Positions 17,419-29,803 of a DNA stretch of 37,367 nucleotides are shown here, one piece after another; positions within the stretch are counted from its first letter, which is position 1; every line of letters starts with the position of its first letter. The stretch is from Thermodesulfobacteriota bacterium (GTDB lineage: Bacteria > Desulfobacterota_D > UBA1144), in assembly GCA_029246845.1 (NCBI GenBank), contig JAQWMJ010000051.1, forward strand, positions 1 through 37,367, written 5' to 3'. The translations under genes were made by a program, and so were the position numbers. The notes below the pieces were generated by a model. That model searched no databases. It saw only the letters and a program-made list of their open reading frames with translations, and had not been told where the DNA came from.

Positions 17419-17953
17419 TGAATACTATTCCAGTTACGACTGTGACCCAGCTGCTATCTTCAGGTCCATTAGCAATACTAGTTATTGCTTGTGTTCTTAC
17501 CGTATTGCCGCTGATCTTCCAAATGTCTTTTTGTTCATTATAGTTTTTGTTAGAATCAAAAGGTGCACCAAGAGTAGTTGCAAGCATATAAGCAGCTAAG
17601 TCTTCAGCATATTCACCAGATTCTTTTTTGCTTTCGCCATAACTATGGTGCTCAGATAGATAGCCGTGCTTGCTTCTGTCTTCAGGCATTGCGATTCCAA
17701 CCGATGAGGTAATCCTTCTTTTTGGCTCGCATGTCGAAGCGTCGCTTAAAACTACGTATACAATTTGTCCTGCAGAAAGCATCTTAAGACCTTTCGTTCT
17801 TGAAACTATTTTGCAGTATGGGGGCATAATACTAGAAACTTTAACTAAATTGAATTCTGCTATTTGAGCATTTCTAAGAGCCATTTCAAAGCTTGTTAAC
17901 TTCTCTTTACTTTCACCTTTGCCTTTAGTGAAGAAAGCATATTTTGGTATCAT
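17411..17953 (-). CDS. pdaD: Pyruvoyl-dependent arginine decarboxylase
   Basis: SFEMALRNA.IAEFNLVKVSSIMPP (Ser-Ser self-cleavage site), GYLSEHH, YAEDLAA.MLATTLG. Start at 17953 fits the SD AGGGA spacing; 17962 is the alternative. Confidence 0.92.
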   Translation of the reverse strand: MIPKYAFFTKGKGESKEKLTSFEMALRNAQIAEFNLVKVSSIMPPYCKIVSRTKGLKMLSAGQIVYVVLSDASTCEPKRRITSSVGIAMPEDRSKHGYLSEHHSYGESKKESGEYAEDLAAYMLATTLGAPFDSNKNYNEQKDIWKISGNTVRTQAITSIANGPEDSSWVTVVTGIVFII

Positions 17954-18076
17954 ATATATCATCCCTGTTTAATATTATTTCTAAATTTAAATTTTAGCTA
18001 AATATTTTATTTAGTAAATTGAATTCTTTTAAAAAAAATTGAAATTATATTCATAATGTATTATTAATTAGTTTAA

Positions 18077-18865
18077 ATGAGCAACCTTCTAAAGAGATTC
18101 TTAACATGCTTAGTCCTTCTGCCAATAGTGATTTATTCAGTCTTTATGGGAGGAATAGTATTTACTGCATTTGTTGTAACAGTAACTTCATTAGCTTTTT
18201 GGGAACATGAGAAGATATTGAAATCTCGCTCTAAAAGAATGTCCATAGCTTCTTATTTGACTCTATTAACTTTATGTATTTCAGCTTTCGTTAATTCTCA
18301 GCTATTTCTTTATTTATCTGCATTAATTTTTACCATCTGGTTGATAAGAATTTTCTTCAATAGAACTCAAATCGAGAGTTTTTGGAACTCTTATGTGTTT
18401 ATTATTTTTTATATAGGCTTTGGTATCAGCTTTTCCATACTAATTAGGAATCTTGATAATGGATTAGTTTTATTATCTTGTGTTCTCATTGTTTCTTCCG
18501 TTAATGACATATCAGCATATATTGTAGGCAAATTTTTTGGTGTCACTAAAGCATTCCCTAAGGTTAGTCCTAATAAGACTTATGAAGGTTCAATTGCGGG
18601 AATCATATCCTCGGTTCTAATTACCATATTTCTTTTTGATTATCTTAATCTTATGACTACATTGTTCGAATCAATGTTCATTGGTATGATTATTTCGTTC
18701 TTAGGAATTATTGGGGACTTAGTGGAGTCTCTAATAAAAAGAAAATCTGGGGTAAAAGATACCGGAGATTTATTGCCTGGTCATGGAGGGGTTTTGGATA
18801 GGATTGATAGCTTAATATTAATCTTGCCATTTTTTTATTTAGTTACTATGTATTTAGGATATTAA
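18077..18865 (+). CDS. cdsA: Phosphatidate cytidylyltransferase
   Basis: DISAY..GK.FG, SPNKTYEG, GDLVES.IKR..GVKD.G.LLPGHGGVLDRIDS. Confidence 0.96.
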   Translation: MSNLLKRFLTCLVLLPIVIYSVFMGGIVFTAFVVTVTSLAFWEHEKILKSRSKRMSIASYLTLLTLCISAFVNSQLFLYLSALIFTIWLIRIFFNRTQIESFWNSYVFIIFYIGFGISFSILIRNLDNGLVLLSCVLIVSSVNDISAYIVGKFFGVTKAFPKVSPNKTYEGSIAGIISSVLITIFLFDYLNLMTTLFESMFIGMIISFLGIIGDLVESLIKRKSGVKDTGDLLPGHGGVLDRIDSLILILPFFYLVTMYLGY

Positions 18866-18866
18866 T

Positions 18867-20270
18867 GTGTTTGAAAAGAAAAAGAGATTTAAATTAACAG
18901 CTGTAATATTAATATTATGCTCTCTGTATGGGATACATGCTTTATATGTAATATTTGCTCATAATCCTAGCTTTGAATTATTATCAAAAAATACAATTTC
19001 TTATTCAGGTTTAAAAGCTAAAATTAATTCAGATAATACTAAAGTATCGTTGATCAGGGTTTCCTTAGGGACTAAAGAGGACCCAATTTATCCAATCTAT
19101 GAGGAGAGTAGCTTAAATGAAGTTTTCGAAGAAAAATTTATTTCTATTCCCTTAAACCAAGAAGATGAAGCAGTTAAATTCATAAAAGAAAATAAATTAA
19201 AATCTTTATACCTCTACTATACGATTAACTATAGTAATAAGTTTTTTGATTCTGATATAAATAAAAAAATTAAAATTAGCATAGACTTTGAACCACCTAG
19301 TATAAAGTCAGTAAGAACAGATTCATATGTGTATCTTGGTGGAATAGGCTATGTAACGTACGAAACTAGTAGTGATACATTAAGTTCATATGTTGAAACA
19401 GAAATAGATAATAAATTTTATCCCATTACTAAAGTAAATGAGAACAGTATCTCGAATTTAGTTTTTTTCACTTGTGGAAATAAGCCTTGTAAAAATGGAA
19501 AAATTAAAATTATTGCTGAAGATCTTTCTGGAAACTCGTTAGTTCTTTCAAAAAAAATAAAGACACTTAGAAATAAAAAATGGAAAACTTCTGATATTGC
19601 TGTCGATTTAGACTTCGTAAAGAATAAATATAATGAAATTTTTAATACAAGTATAGAATCTGTTACTGTTGATAATTTTTTAGAATTAAATTTAGAATTA
19701 CGAAAAAAAAATAATTTAAAGATAGCTTCTGAAACTAGAAAAATAACAAAAAATCTTATTACCTTGGGTAAATTTCTCCAATTAAGAAATTCAAAAGTTT
19801 TTTCAAGATATAGTGATGAAAGGGACTATTTCTTTAATGATATGGAAAGTTCATTGATGACTACTTATCATTGGGGATATGATTTGTCATCTATTGAGAA
19901 TGCTAAAGTTTATGCATCTTCAGAGGGTATTGTTACCTTTTTGAGTAATAATGGTCTAGGAATCTATGGAAAAACTATAATTATTGATCACGGGTTAGGT
20001 TTTTATTCCTTATATAGCCACTTAAGTGAAATATCAGTTGATGTTGGTGATAGGGTTACCAGTAAAGTTGTTATTGGGAAAACAGGACAGACAGGTTTAG
20101 CTTTTGGAGACCATTTGCATTTTGGCTCATATATTCAAGGAGTACCTTTTGATTCTAATGAACTTTGGGATAAGAAATATTTTAATCAAAAAGTCCTAAG
20201 TGTTTATACCAATTTTATTAACCCAAATAATATGAATTTAAAGAGTCAAGGGAGGCTCAAAGCTGAATGA
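18867..20270 (+). CDS. M23-family metallopeptidase with N-terminal membrane anchor
   Basis: HWGYD (HxxxD), IYGKTIIIDHG.G..SLYSHL, TGLA.GDHLHF (HxH). GTG start. Confidence 0.9.
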   Translation: MFEKKKRFKLTAVILILCSLYGIHALYVIFAHNPSFELLSKNTISYSGLKAKINSDNTKVSLIRVSLGTKEDPIYPIYEESSLNEVFEEKFISIPLNQEDEAVKFIKENKLKSLYLYYTINYSNKFFDSDINKKIKISIDFEPPSIKSVRTDSYVYLGGIGYVTYETSSDTLSSYVETEIDNKFYPITKVNENSISNLVFFTCGNKPCKNGKIKIIAEDLSGNSLVLSKKIKTLRNKKWKTSDIAVDLDFVKNKYNEIFNTSIESVTVDNFLELNLELRKKNNLKIASETRKITKNLITLGKFLQLRNSKVFSRYSDERDYFFNDMESSLMTTYHWGYDLSSIENAKVYASSEGIVTFLSNNGLGIYGKTIIIDHGLGFYSLYSHLSEISVDVGDRVTSKVVIGKTGQTGLAFGDHLHFGSYIQGVPFDSNELWDKKYFNQKVLSVYTNFINPNNMNLKSQGRLKAE

Positions 20271-20976
20271 TTATATATGGAGTCAATCCCGTTCTCGATT
20301 GTATAAACCTATATTCAGAAAAGATAGTCAAGTTGTATGTATCTAAAAAAACCATTAACAAATTTTCTGATAAACAGCTTTCCAAAGTAAAACATATAAG
20401 TATTGAATATATCTCAGATAGACAATTTGAGAACTTATCCAATACCAATAATCATCAATCGATTGCTGCAGAAATTAAAGTTAATTCTATTATGGGGTTA
20501 AGTGAATTAAAGCAAAATATCAATGATTTAGGGAAAATAATTATATTGGACCACATACAGGATCCACAAAATATAGGGGCAATTGCAAGAACATCCGTTT
20601 TCTTTGGAGTATCTACTATTATTATTCCAAGTGACAGGACTGCCTCTGTATCACCCGGTTCTGTGAAATCATCCGCTGGTGCAATTTTCTCGGTAAATTT
20701 TTATCAAGTATCTAATCTTGGAAATGTTATTAAAGAACTTAAGAGTAAAGATTATTGGATACTTGGAGCGCATCTTGATGGTGATGACTATAAAGATGCA
20801 AAATATGATAAATTTATCGACGAAAAAATTGCTATAGTAATGGGTTCTGAAGACAAAGGGCTTAGTACTTTAATTAGTAAAAATTGTGACATGCTAGTTC
20901 GAATAAAAAGGAAAGGGCTAACTAATTCGCTTAATGTCAATGTAGCAACAGCAATTTTACTTAGCAGGTTCTTAAG

Positions 20977-20980
<4 letters not shown>
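20267..20980 (+). CDS. rlmB: SPOUT/TrmH-family 23S rRNA methyltransferase (RlmB-like)
   Basis: IYGVNPV, NHQ, ILDHIQDPQNIGAIART, VMGSEDKG, SLNVNVA; ATGA overlap with the M23 gene. Confidence 0.88.
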
Positions 20981-23697
<2,717 letters not shown>

Positions 23698-23729
23698 TTA
23701 TTATAAGAATACAATATATCTAAGGCTTT

Positions 23730-23757
23730 TTGAATTACTAATGAGTGATGATATATT
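23730..23757 (+). promoter_or_regulatory. Promoter TTGAAT-N16-TATATT (extended TGa) ending 6 nt before ATG 23764; candidate leaderless start of the long + strand cluster
   Basis: -35-like 23730-23735, TG at 23749-23750, -10 at 23752-23757, no SD. Confidence 0.5.
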
Positions 23758-23763
23758 TTTTAA

Positions 23764-24510
23764 ATGAGAGTATTGATGTTGGGTTGTGGTTCCTCGGTAG
23801 GATCTCCAGTCTTAGGAAGAGATACTGCAGGTATTGATGAAAAAGATTGGAGAACACGTAGCTCTCTTTTTATAACTGTCGATGATGTGAATATATTAAT
23901 AGATACAACTCCGGACTTTAGGCAGCAGGCATTAGTAAACAATGTAAGGAATATTGATTTTGTTTTATATACTCATTCCCATGCTGACCATACCCATGGA
24001 ATTGATGACCTGAGAATCTTCAGTTACATAAAAAAAGATAAAATTAGTTGCTTCGCTAATAATTTCACTATAGAGGACATAAAGAAAAATTTTTCTTATA
24101 TTTTTAATAAAAAAAATATTTCAGGTAGGCCTAGGTTAGATCTAAGAGAAGTTAGTGCCTCATTCGTTGAACAAGGTGTGGAGATAATTCCCCTACCTGT
24201 TAAACATAAAGATTGGGATATTCTGGGCTATAGAATTAATAACTTTGCTTATATTACAGACTGTAGCTTTGCTTCTGATGAGACATTGGCCAAAATTGAA
24301 AACCTGGACCTTTTAATAATTGATGCACTAAGATACTCAAAGCATGACGCTCATTTATCGGTTGATGAAGCCATATTAATTGCAAAAAAAGTAGGTTCCA
24401 AGAGAACAATACTTACACATATGGGATCAGATTTAAAATATACGGAGCTACTTAGATATCTTCCAAAAGGAATAGAACCAGGTTATGATGGTTTAGTAGT
24501 AAATTTATAG
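23764..24510 (+). CDS. Metallo-beta-lactamase-fold phosphodiesterase, PhnP-like
   Basis: LGCGSSVGSP, LIDTTPDFRQQ, THSHADHTHGIDDLR, AYITD, LTHM, YDGL. Confidence 0.9.
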   Translation: MRVLMLGCGSSVGSPVLGRDTAGIDEKDWRTRSSLFITVDDVNILIDTTPDFRQQALVNNVRNIDFVLYTHSHADHTHGIDDLRIFSYIKKDKISCFANNFTIEDIKKNFSYIFNKKNISGRPRLDLREVSASFVEQGVEIIPLPVKHKDWDILGYRINNFAYITDCSFASDETLAKIENLDLLIIDALRYSKHDAHLSVDEAILIAKKVGSKRTILTHMGSDLKYTELLRYLPKGIEPGYDGLVVNL

Positions 24511-24524
24511 ATTCAGGTTTAATT

Positions 24525-25748
24525 ATGCATGAGCTGAGAAGTAGCTTGACTAAAAACAAAAAGTCAAAAATTATTCTCTTTGTTTTAGATGGAGTTGGTG
24601 GAATTCCTTATCCTAAGTTGACGGAACTTGAAGCTGCCAAGACCCCATATTTGGACAAGTTAGTTAAAAAATCAGAAACTGGAGCTCATATTCCAATTTT
24701 AAGTGGCCTTACCCCAGGAAGTGGAGCAGCCCACTTATCTTTATTTGGATATGATCCTCTGAGCTATGATATTGGCAGAGGAGTGCTTGAAGCATTAGGA
24801 CTAGATGTTGCTGTCACAGACAACGACCTTCTTATAAGAGGTAATTTTTCAACTATTAAAGAAGATGGGGCTAAAATAATTGTTACAGATAGACGAGCTG
24901 GAAGAATTACAACAGAGACTAATCAGAGGATAATTAAAATATTACAATCAAAAATTAAAAAGGTTGATGGGGTTGGCGTAGAATTTGTTTCAGGCCTTGA
25001 ACATAGATTTGTTTGCAAGTTAAAGTTTAAGAAAAAGCTTGAAAGTTCAGAAACTATGATTGTTGATACAGACCCTGAGGAAGTTGGAGTACCACCCTTA
25101 GCACCTAAAAGTATTAATAATAAATCTCATAAGGTGTCTAAGATAATTACAAAGTTAATTTCATTGATAAGAATAGCTCTTAAGAATGAAAAAAAAGCAA
25201 ACTATGCTCTATTAAGAGGTTTTTCTGTTTACCCAAAAATTCCCACGATTGAATCGCTCTATGGATTGAAGGCAGCATCAATAGTGACTTATCCAATGTA
25301 CAAGGGTATTTCTAAGCTTGTTGGAATGACTCCACTTGAAGTTAAAGAGTCAACTCTCCAGTCTCAAATAAAAACTCTAAAAAAAGAGTTTAATAATTAT
25401 GATTTTTTTTATCTCCATATTAAGAAAACTGACAGCTTTGGTGAAGATGGAAATTATAAGGAGAAAATAAAAGTAATTGAAAGATTCGATAAGGAATTGG
25501 AAAAAGTTTTAAAGTTAAAGTTTGATGTAGTTTGTATTACTGGTGACCATTCAACTCCATCTAAAATGAAAGGCCATAGTTGGCATCCTGTCCCTGTAAT
25601 TATAAATTCTAAAAATAGTTTTCATGGCACATCTAAGAGATTTACAGAGAAAGAATGTATGAAGGGAATGCTTGGCTTGTTCGAAGGTAAAAATTTAATG
25701 AATTTTATTCTTGCTCATGCTGAAATGCTTAGTAAGTTTGGAGCCTAA
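24525..25748 (+). CDS. apgM: 2,3-bisphosphoglycerate-independent phosphoglycerate mutase, ApgM (archaeal-type)
   Basis: LDGVGG, TELEAA.TP.LD, PGSGAAHLSLFGYDP, GRGVLEALG, HIKKTDS.GEDG, TGDHSTP, HSWHPVP. Confidence 0.93.
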   Translation: MHELRSSLTKNKKSKIILFVLDGVGGIPYPKLTELEAAKTPYLDKLVKKSETGAHIPILSGLTPGSGAAHLSLFGYDPLSYDIGRGVLEALGLDVAVTDNDLLIRGNFSTIKEDGAKIIVTDRRAGRITTETNQRIIKILQSKIKKVDGVGVEFVSGLEHRFVCKLKFKKKLESSETMIVDTDPEEVGVPPLAPKSINNKSHKVSKIITKLISLIRIALKNEKKANYALLRGFSVYPKIPTIESLYGLKAASIVTYPMYKGISKLVGMTPLEVKESTLQSQIKTLKKEFNNYDFFYLHIKKTDSFGEDGNYKEKIKVIERFDKELEKVLKLKFDVVCITGDHSTPSKMKGHSWHPVPVIINSKNSFHGTSKRFTEKECMKGMLGLFEGKNLMNFILAHAEMLSKFGA

Positions 25749-25756
25749 TTTTTAAT

Positions 25757-25838
25757 GCCGAAGTGGCGGAATTGGTAGACGCGCCATCTTGAGGGGGTGG
25801 TGTCTTCGGATGTGCGGGTTCGAGTCCCGCCTTCGGCA
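25757..25838 (+). tRNA. tRNA-Leu (anticodon GAG), CCA not encoded
   Basis: Acceptor stem GCCGAAG/CTTCGGC plus discriminator A; D-loop AATTGGTAG; anticodon stem CCATC/GGTGG with loop TTGAGGG; variable arm TGTC-TTCG-GATG; T arm GCGGG-TTCGAGT-CCCGC. Confidence 0.97.
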
Positions 25839-25855
25839 ATCTTATATTTTTCAGT

Positions 25856-25861
25856 TATAAT
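25856..25861 (+). promoter_or_regulatory. TATAAT 6 nt before the sirB ATG; candidate leaderless promoter
   Basis: Perfect -10 hexamer, no SD. Confidence 0.45.
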
Positions 25862-25867
25862 TTTCAT

Positions 25868-26293
25868 ATGAATAAAGGCATTGTAATCGTTGATCATGGA
25901 TCAAAAAAAAATGAAAGCAATCAAATGTTGCTAGATGTTGCTACCCTTTTCCATGAGAGGTTTTCAACAAAATACAATATTATCGAACCCGCACATATGG
26001 AGCTTGCTGAGCCTTCAATCGAAACAGCTTATGGCAATTGTGTCGAAAAAGGTGCTGATTTTATTGTAATATGCCCTTTCTTCTTAGGACCTGGAAGGCA
26101 CTGGCAGCAAGATATCCCTTCTTTAGCCCTTGAGGCTTCAAAGAAATACCCTGGAACAAATTATCATGTTGCAAAACCATTGGGTATAGATGACTTAATA
26201 CTAGACCTTCTTGAAAAGAGGCTTTCTACTTGTACTGGCAATAGCTTTAGTTGTCCTGCATGTGAAGGTACCTCAAGAGCAGGCAATCTATAA
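25868..26293 (+). CDS. sirB: Sirohydrochlorin chelatase (single-domain CbiX/SirB) with a Cys-containing C-terminal tail
   Basis: VDHGSK, AHMELAEPSI, PFFL.PGRHW..DIP, PLG; tail C-x6-C-x2-C. Confidence 0.85.
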   Translation: MNKGIVIVDHGSKKNESNQMLLDVATLFHERFSTKYNIIEPAHMELAEPSIETAYGNCVEKGADFIVICPFFLGPGRHWQQDIPSLALEASKKYPGTNYHVAKPLGIDDLILDLLEKRLSTCTGNSFSCPACEGTSRAGNL

Positions 26294-26331
26294 TTCCATT
26301 ATTTTATTTTTTACATTAGAATAACGTTATA

Positions 26332-26895
26332 ATGTTATTTAAAGGAAATTATCTAATTATTATTTCTGGACCCTCAGGTGTGGGTAAATCTTCTATAACT
26401 TCTAAATTACTTGCAAATTCCAAAAATTTAGACTTCTCTATTTCTTATACGACCAGAGATAAAAGACCTAGTGAGTCAAATAACGATCACTATATATTTA
26501 TTTCTAAGACAGAATTTGAAGATTTAATTAAAAAAAATGCTTTTCTCGAGTATGAGCAGGTTCATGGAAACTATTATGGGACCCCCTTGAAGGCAATTGA
26601 AGATTCTTTAAAATTCGGACATAGTATCCTTCTTGATATAGATGTTAAAGGTGCTTATAACATTATTAATACTAATCACTTTGATTCTATATCCTTTTTT
26701 ATTCGACCACCTTCTATTGAAGCTTTAAAAGATAGATTGACAGATAGAGGGGATATGGAAATTGTACAAATCGAGAAGAGGATCATAGAGGCAAAGAACG
26801 AAATAATGAAATCAATTCACTTTGATCATCTAATAGTTAATGACGATTTTAATGACTGTTATAATGAGATTGAGAAAATATTATCGAGCATGTAA
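26332..26895 (+). CDS. gmk: Guanylate kinase
   Basis: SGPSGVGKS, SISYTTR..R..E, FLEY..VHGNYYGT, LDIDVKGA, PPS. Confidence 0.96.
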   Translation: MLFKGNYLIIISGPSGVGKSSITSKLLANSKNLDFSISYTTRDKRPSESNNDHYIFISKTEFEDLIKKNAFLEYEQVHGNYYGTPLKAIEDSLKFGHSILLDIDVKGAYNIINTNHFDSISFFIRPPSIEALKDRLTDRGDMEIVQIEKRIIEAKNEIMKSIHFDHLIVNDDFNDCYNEIEKILSSM

Positions 26896-29055
26896 ATGAT
26901 TAGATTTAATGATATTTTAGAAAAAGTTAATCCTTATTTAACATCTGAAGATATTGTAGAGGTGACAAAAGCCTATGCTTATTCCGCAAAGGTCCATGCG
27001 GGACAAAAAAGATATTCTGGTGAACCTTATCTTATACATCCCATGGAAGTAACTTCAATTCTTGCGGATATTAAGCTCGACAAAGAGTCTCTCATTACTG
27101 GTCTTTTGCATGATACAATCGAGGATACACTTGTTACAAAAGCAGATATAACCAAAATGTTTGGTGAGGAAATATGCACTTTAGTTGATGGCGTAACCAA
27201 GATTAGCAAGCTAAAGATTAGCTCAACTTTTGAAAAACAGGCTGAGGATTTTAGAAAGCTAATTTTAGCAACCGGAAAAGATATTAGAGTAATTTTAGTT
27301 AAATTGGCTGATAGACTTCACAACGTAAGAACTATCTCGCATCTTCCGGAAGAAAGAAGAAAAATTTTCGCAAAAGAAACTGTTGATTTGTATGCACCAT
27401 TAGCTGACAGATTGGGAATTTATTGGATTAGAACAGAACTTGAAGATAAATGTTTTGAAGTGTTAAAGCCTAATGAGTATGATGAAATTTCAAAAATGTT
27501 TAATTCTAAAAAGGATGAATGGGAGAAGTATTCATCAGAAATTAAAAGCTTGCTTCAAGTAGAGTTGAATAAGTTCAATTTGGATGCATTAGTAAATACA
27601 AGATTTAAGAATTTTTATAGTATCTACAAGAAGATGATTAAGAAGAATTTAGACCCTGATAAAGTTCTTGATATTAAAGCTTTTAGAATTATCTCTAAGG
27701 ATACAGCTTCTTGTTATGCAGCGTTAGGAGCCGTTCACTCAACATGGAGACCTATACCAGGAAGATTTAAAGATTACATTGCCTTACCAAAGAGCAATGG
27801 TTATCAATCTCTACATACTGTAGTTATAGGACCCTTTGGGGATAAAGTTGAGGTTCAGATAAGAACTGAAGAAATGCATGAGATTGCAGAATATGGCGTT
27901 GCGGCGCATTGGAAATATAAGATTGACTCTAAAGAAAGAAAGAAGTTAATTGATCTACCAGAGAGTGTGAAGAATATTTTTGAGACTCAGACCTTAAGTG
28001 ACCCAAGAGAATTTATTGATGCAATTAAAGACGAATTGATTACAGATTTTGTTTATGTTTTCACTCCCAAAGGTGAGTTAAAAGAGTTACCAATTGATTC
28101 CTGTGTAATTGATTTTGCATATGCTATACATACTGATTTAGGCAATAAGTGCTCTGGAGCACGAGTGAATGGAGCCATCGTTCCATTTTCATACAAATTA
28201 AAAAGTGGAGATGCTATTGAGATTATTATTAATAAAAATCGTGAACCCTCAAAAGATTGGTTGAAATATGTCGTATCCTCGAAAGCTAAATCTAAAATAA
28301 GAAACTCTATTAAAAGCATTATTTCAAAAGATTCTGAAAAAATTGGCAAGGAAATATTGAGTAAAAAGTTAGCTAAGTATGGATTAAATATTGCGGACCC
28401 CTCAGTAATTGAAAAGCTCAAAGTTTTTTCAGCGGAAAAGAATTTAAAAAATCTTGAAAATCTTTATATAAACTACAGCCTTTCTAAAGTTAATATTCTT
28501 GAGATACTTAATTGCTTTAATCTAGGAGTAAAAACTGGTTTAGAATCAAAAGAAATAAATTATCCTAACCCCAATGATGCAATTATTGTTGGTGGTGCAA
28601 ATAATGTTATGGTCAGAATGGCAAATTGTTGTGGACCTATATATGGGGATGAGATTATTGGCTTTATTACTTTAGGTAAGGGAATATCTATCCATAGAAT
28701 TTCATGTAAACAAATTCTTCAAGTTGATTCAACAAGACTTATAGAGTCTCGGTGGGACGATAAATATGATCTCAAGTCCACAACAAGTTTAAGGTTATAT
28801 TGCAATGATAAAACTGGTATATTGTCTGAGATTTCAAATTTGATTGCAAAGCATGAATCAAATATTTTAAAAATTAATGCAAAAAAAATATCTTCCTCTA
28901 AGTCCTCTATTTATTTAGAAATTTTAGTCAAGAATGCCAAACATTTATATGAAATAACTCGAGGTTTAGACTCCATACCAGATGTTTATAGTGTAGAAAG
29001 GTTGTTGGTCTCAAATTCAGAATTTAACTTATTTGAAAAAAACAGTAGAATATAG
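26896..29055 (+). CDS. rel: Long RSH: bifunctional (p)ppGpp synthetase/hydrolase
   Basis: Intact HD hydrolase motif (LLHDTIED), RFKD synthetase motif, YQSLHT, EVQIRT, plus TGS, CC and ACT domains. Confidence 0.96.
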   Translation: MIRFNDILEKVNPYLTSEDIVEVTKAYAYSAKVHAGQKRYSGEPYLIHPMEVTSILADIKLDKESLITGLLHDTIEDTLVTKADITKMFGEEICTLVDGVTKISKLKISSTFEKQAEDFRKLILATGKDIRVILVKLADRLHNVRTISHLPEERRKIFAKETVDLYAPLADRLGIYWIRTELEDKCFEVLKPNEYDEISKMFNSKKDEWEKYSSEIKSLLQVELNKFNLDALVNTRFKNFYSIYKKMIKKNLDPDKVLDIKAFRIISKDTASCYAALGAVHSTWRPIPGRFKDYIALPKSNGYQSLHTVVIGPFGDKVEVQIRTEEMHEIAEYGVAAHWKYKIDSKERKKLIDLPESVKNIFETQTLSDPREFIDAIKDELITDFVYVFTPKGELKELPIDSCVIDFAYAIHTDLGNKCSGARVNGAIVPFSYKLKSGDAIEIIINKNREPSKDWLKYVVSSKAKSKIRNSIKSIISKDSEKIGKEILSKKLAKYGLNIADPSVIEKLKVFSAEKNLKNLENLYINYSLSKVNILEILNCFNLGVKTGLESKEINYPNPNDAIIVGGANNVMVRMANCCGPIYGDEIIGFITLGKGISIHRISCKQILQVDSTRLIESRWDDKYDLKSTTSLRLYCNDKTGILSEISNLIAKHESNILKINAKKISSSKSSIYLEILVKNAKHLYEITRGLDSIPDVYSVERLLVSNSEFNLFEKNSRI

Positions 29056-29066
29056 CTTAATTAGTT

Positions 29067-29798
29067 ATGGATTCAGAAAACAAAAGTTCATCTAAAGCTC
29101 TTTCAACAATTAAATCTCTACTTTTTGCCTTAATAGTAGCTTTATTTATTAGGTATATCTTTGTTCAACCTTTCAAAATACCTTCAAAGTCAATGTACCC
29201 AACGTTGATGGTGGGGGACCAAATCTTAGTTGATAGGATAAGTTATGGGGTAGGTCTGCCCTGCTCAAAGTCTAAAATAATTCCTTCTTTTAAAGAAATT
29301 AAAAGAGGCGACGTAGTAGTATTTAGATATCCTAAAGACCTTAAATCAATAAGCTGTCCCAACGGGGGTTTTGTTGGATTATCAAGTATTTATTATATTA
29401 AAAGAGTTGTAGGCGTTCCAGGAGATATTATTTCTATAGATTTAAATGATATTTATATAAATGGAAATTTAATTTCAAAGAAGATTCCAAAAAACTATTT
29501 CTTAGATGGTGTTAAACACAATGTATATATAAACATTTTCGATCAGGGTAAAACAGAAGTTATATATTCTGGAAATGGGAATTTGTTAGGAAACATAGAT
29601 AGTTTGGTTGTACCTAGTGAAAGTTATTTTGTATTAGGAGACAATAGGGACAATAGTATGGACAGTAGGTTCTGGGGCTTTGTTCCAAGAGAAAATATTA
29701 TAGGGAAAGCTTTTCTAATACATTTTTCATGGAATAATGATTTTAAAAATGTTAAAGATATTCTAAGATTAGGGAGGTTTTTTAATACAATTAAGTAA
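29067..29798 (+). CDS. lepB: Signal peptidase I
   Basis: IPSKSMYPTL (catalytic Ser), YIKRVVG.PGD (catalytic Lys), GDNRDNSMDSRFWGFVP. Confidence 0.96.
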   Translation: MDSENKSSSKALSTIKSLLFALIVALFIRYIFVQPFKIPSKSMYPTLMVGDQILVDRISYGVGLPCSKSKIIPSFKEIKRGDVVVFRYPKDLKSISCPNGGFVGLSSIYYIKRVVGVPGDIISIDLNDIYINGNLISKKIPKNYFLDGVKHNVYINIFDQGKTEVIYSGNGNLLGNIDSLVVPSESYFVLGDNRDNSMDSRFWGFVPRENIIGKAFLIHFSWNNDFKNVKDILRLGRFFNTIK

Positions 29799-29803
29799 TT
29801 AAT

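Noticed and set aside
18046..18073. dif-like CATAATGTAT segment
   Set aside because: The XerD arm matches only 5/11 of TTATGTTAAAT.
23764..24510. PhnP-like gene as evidence for phosphonate utilisation or beta-lactam resistance
   Set aside because: No phn genes are nearby; this is a widespread housekeeping MBL phosphodiesterase family.
25825..26331. Integrative element at tRNA-Leu
   Set aside because: No duplicated tRNA 3' end was seen and there is no integrase; only one short gene lies between the tRNA and gmk.
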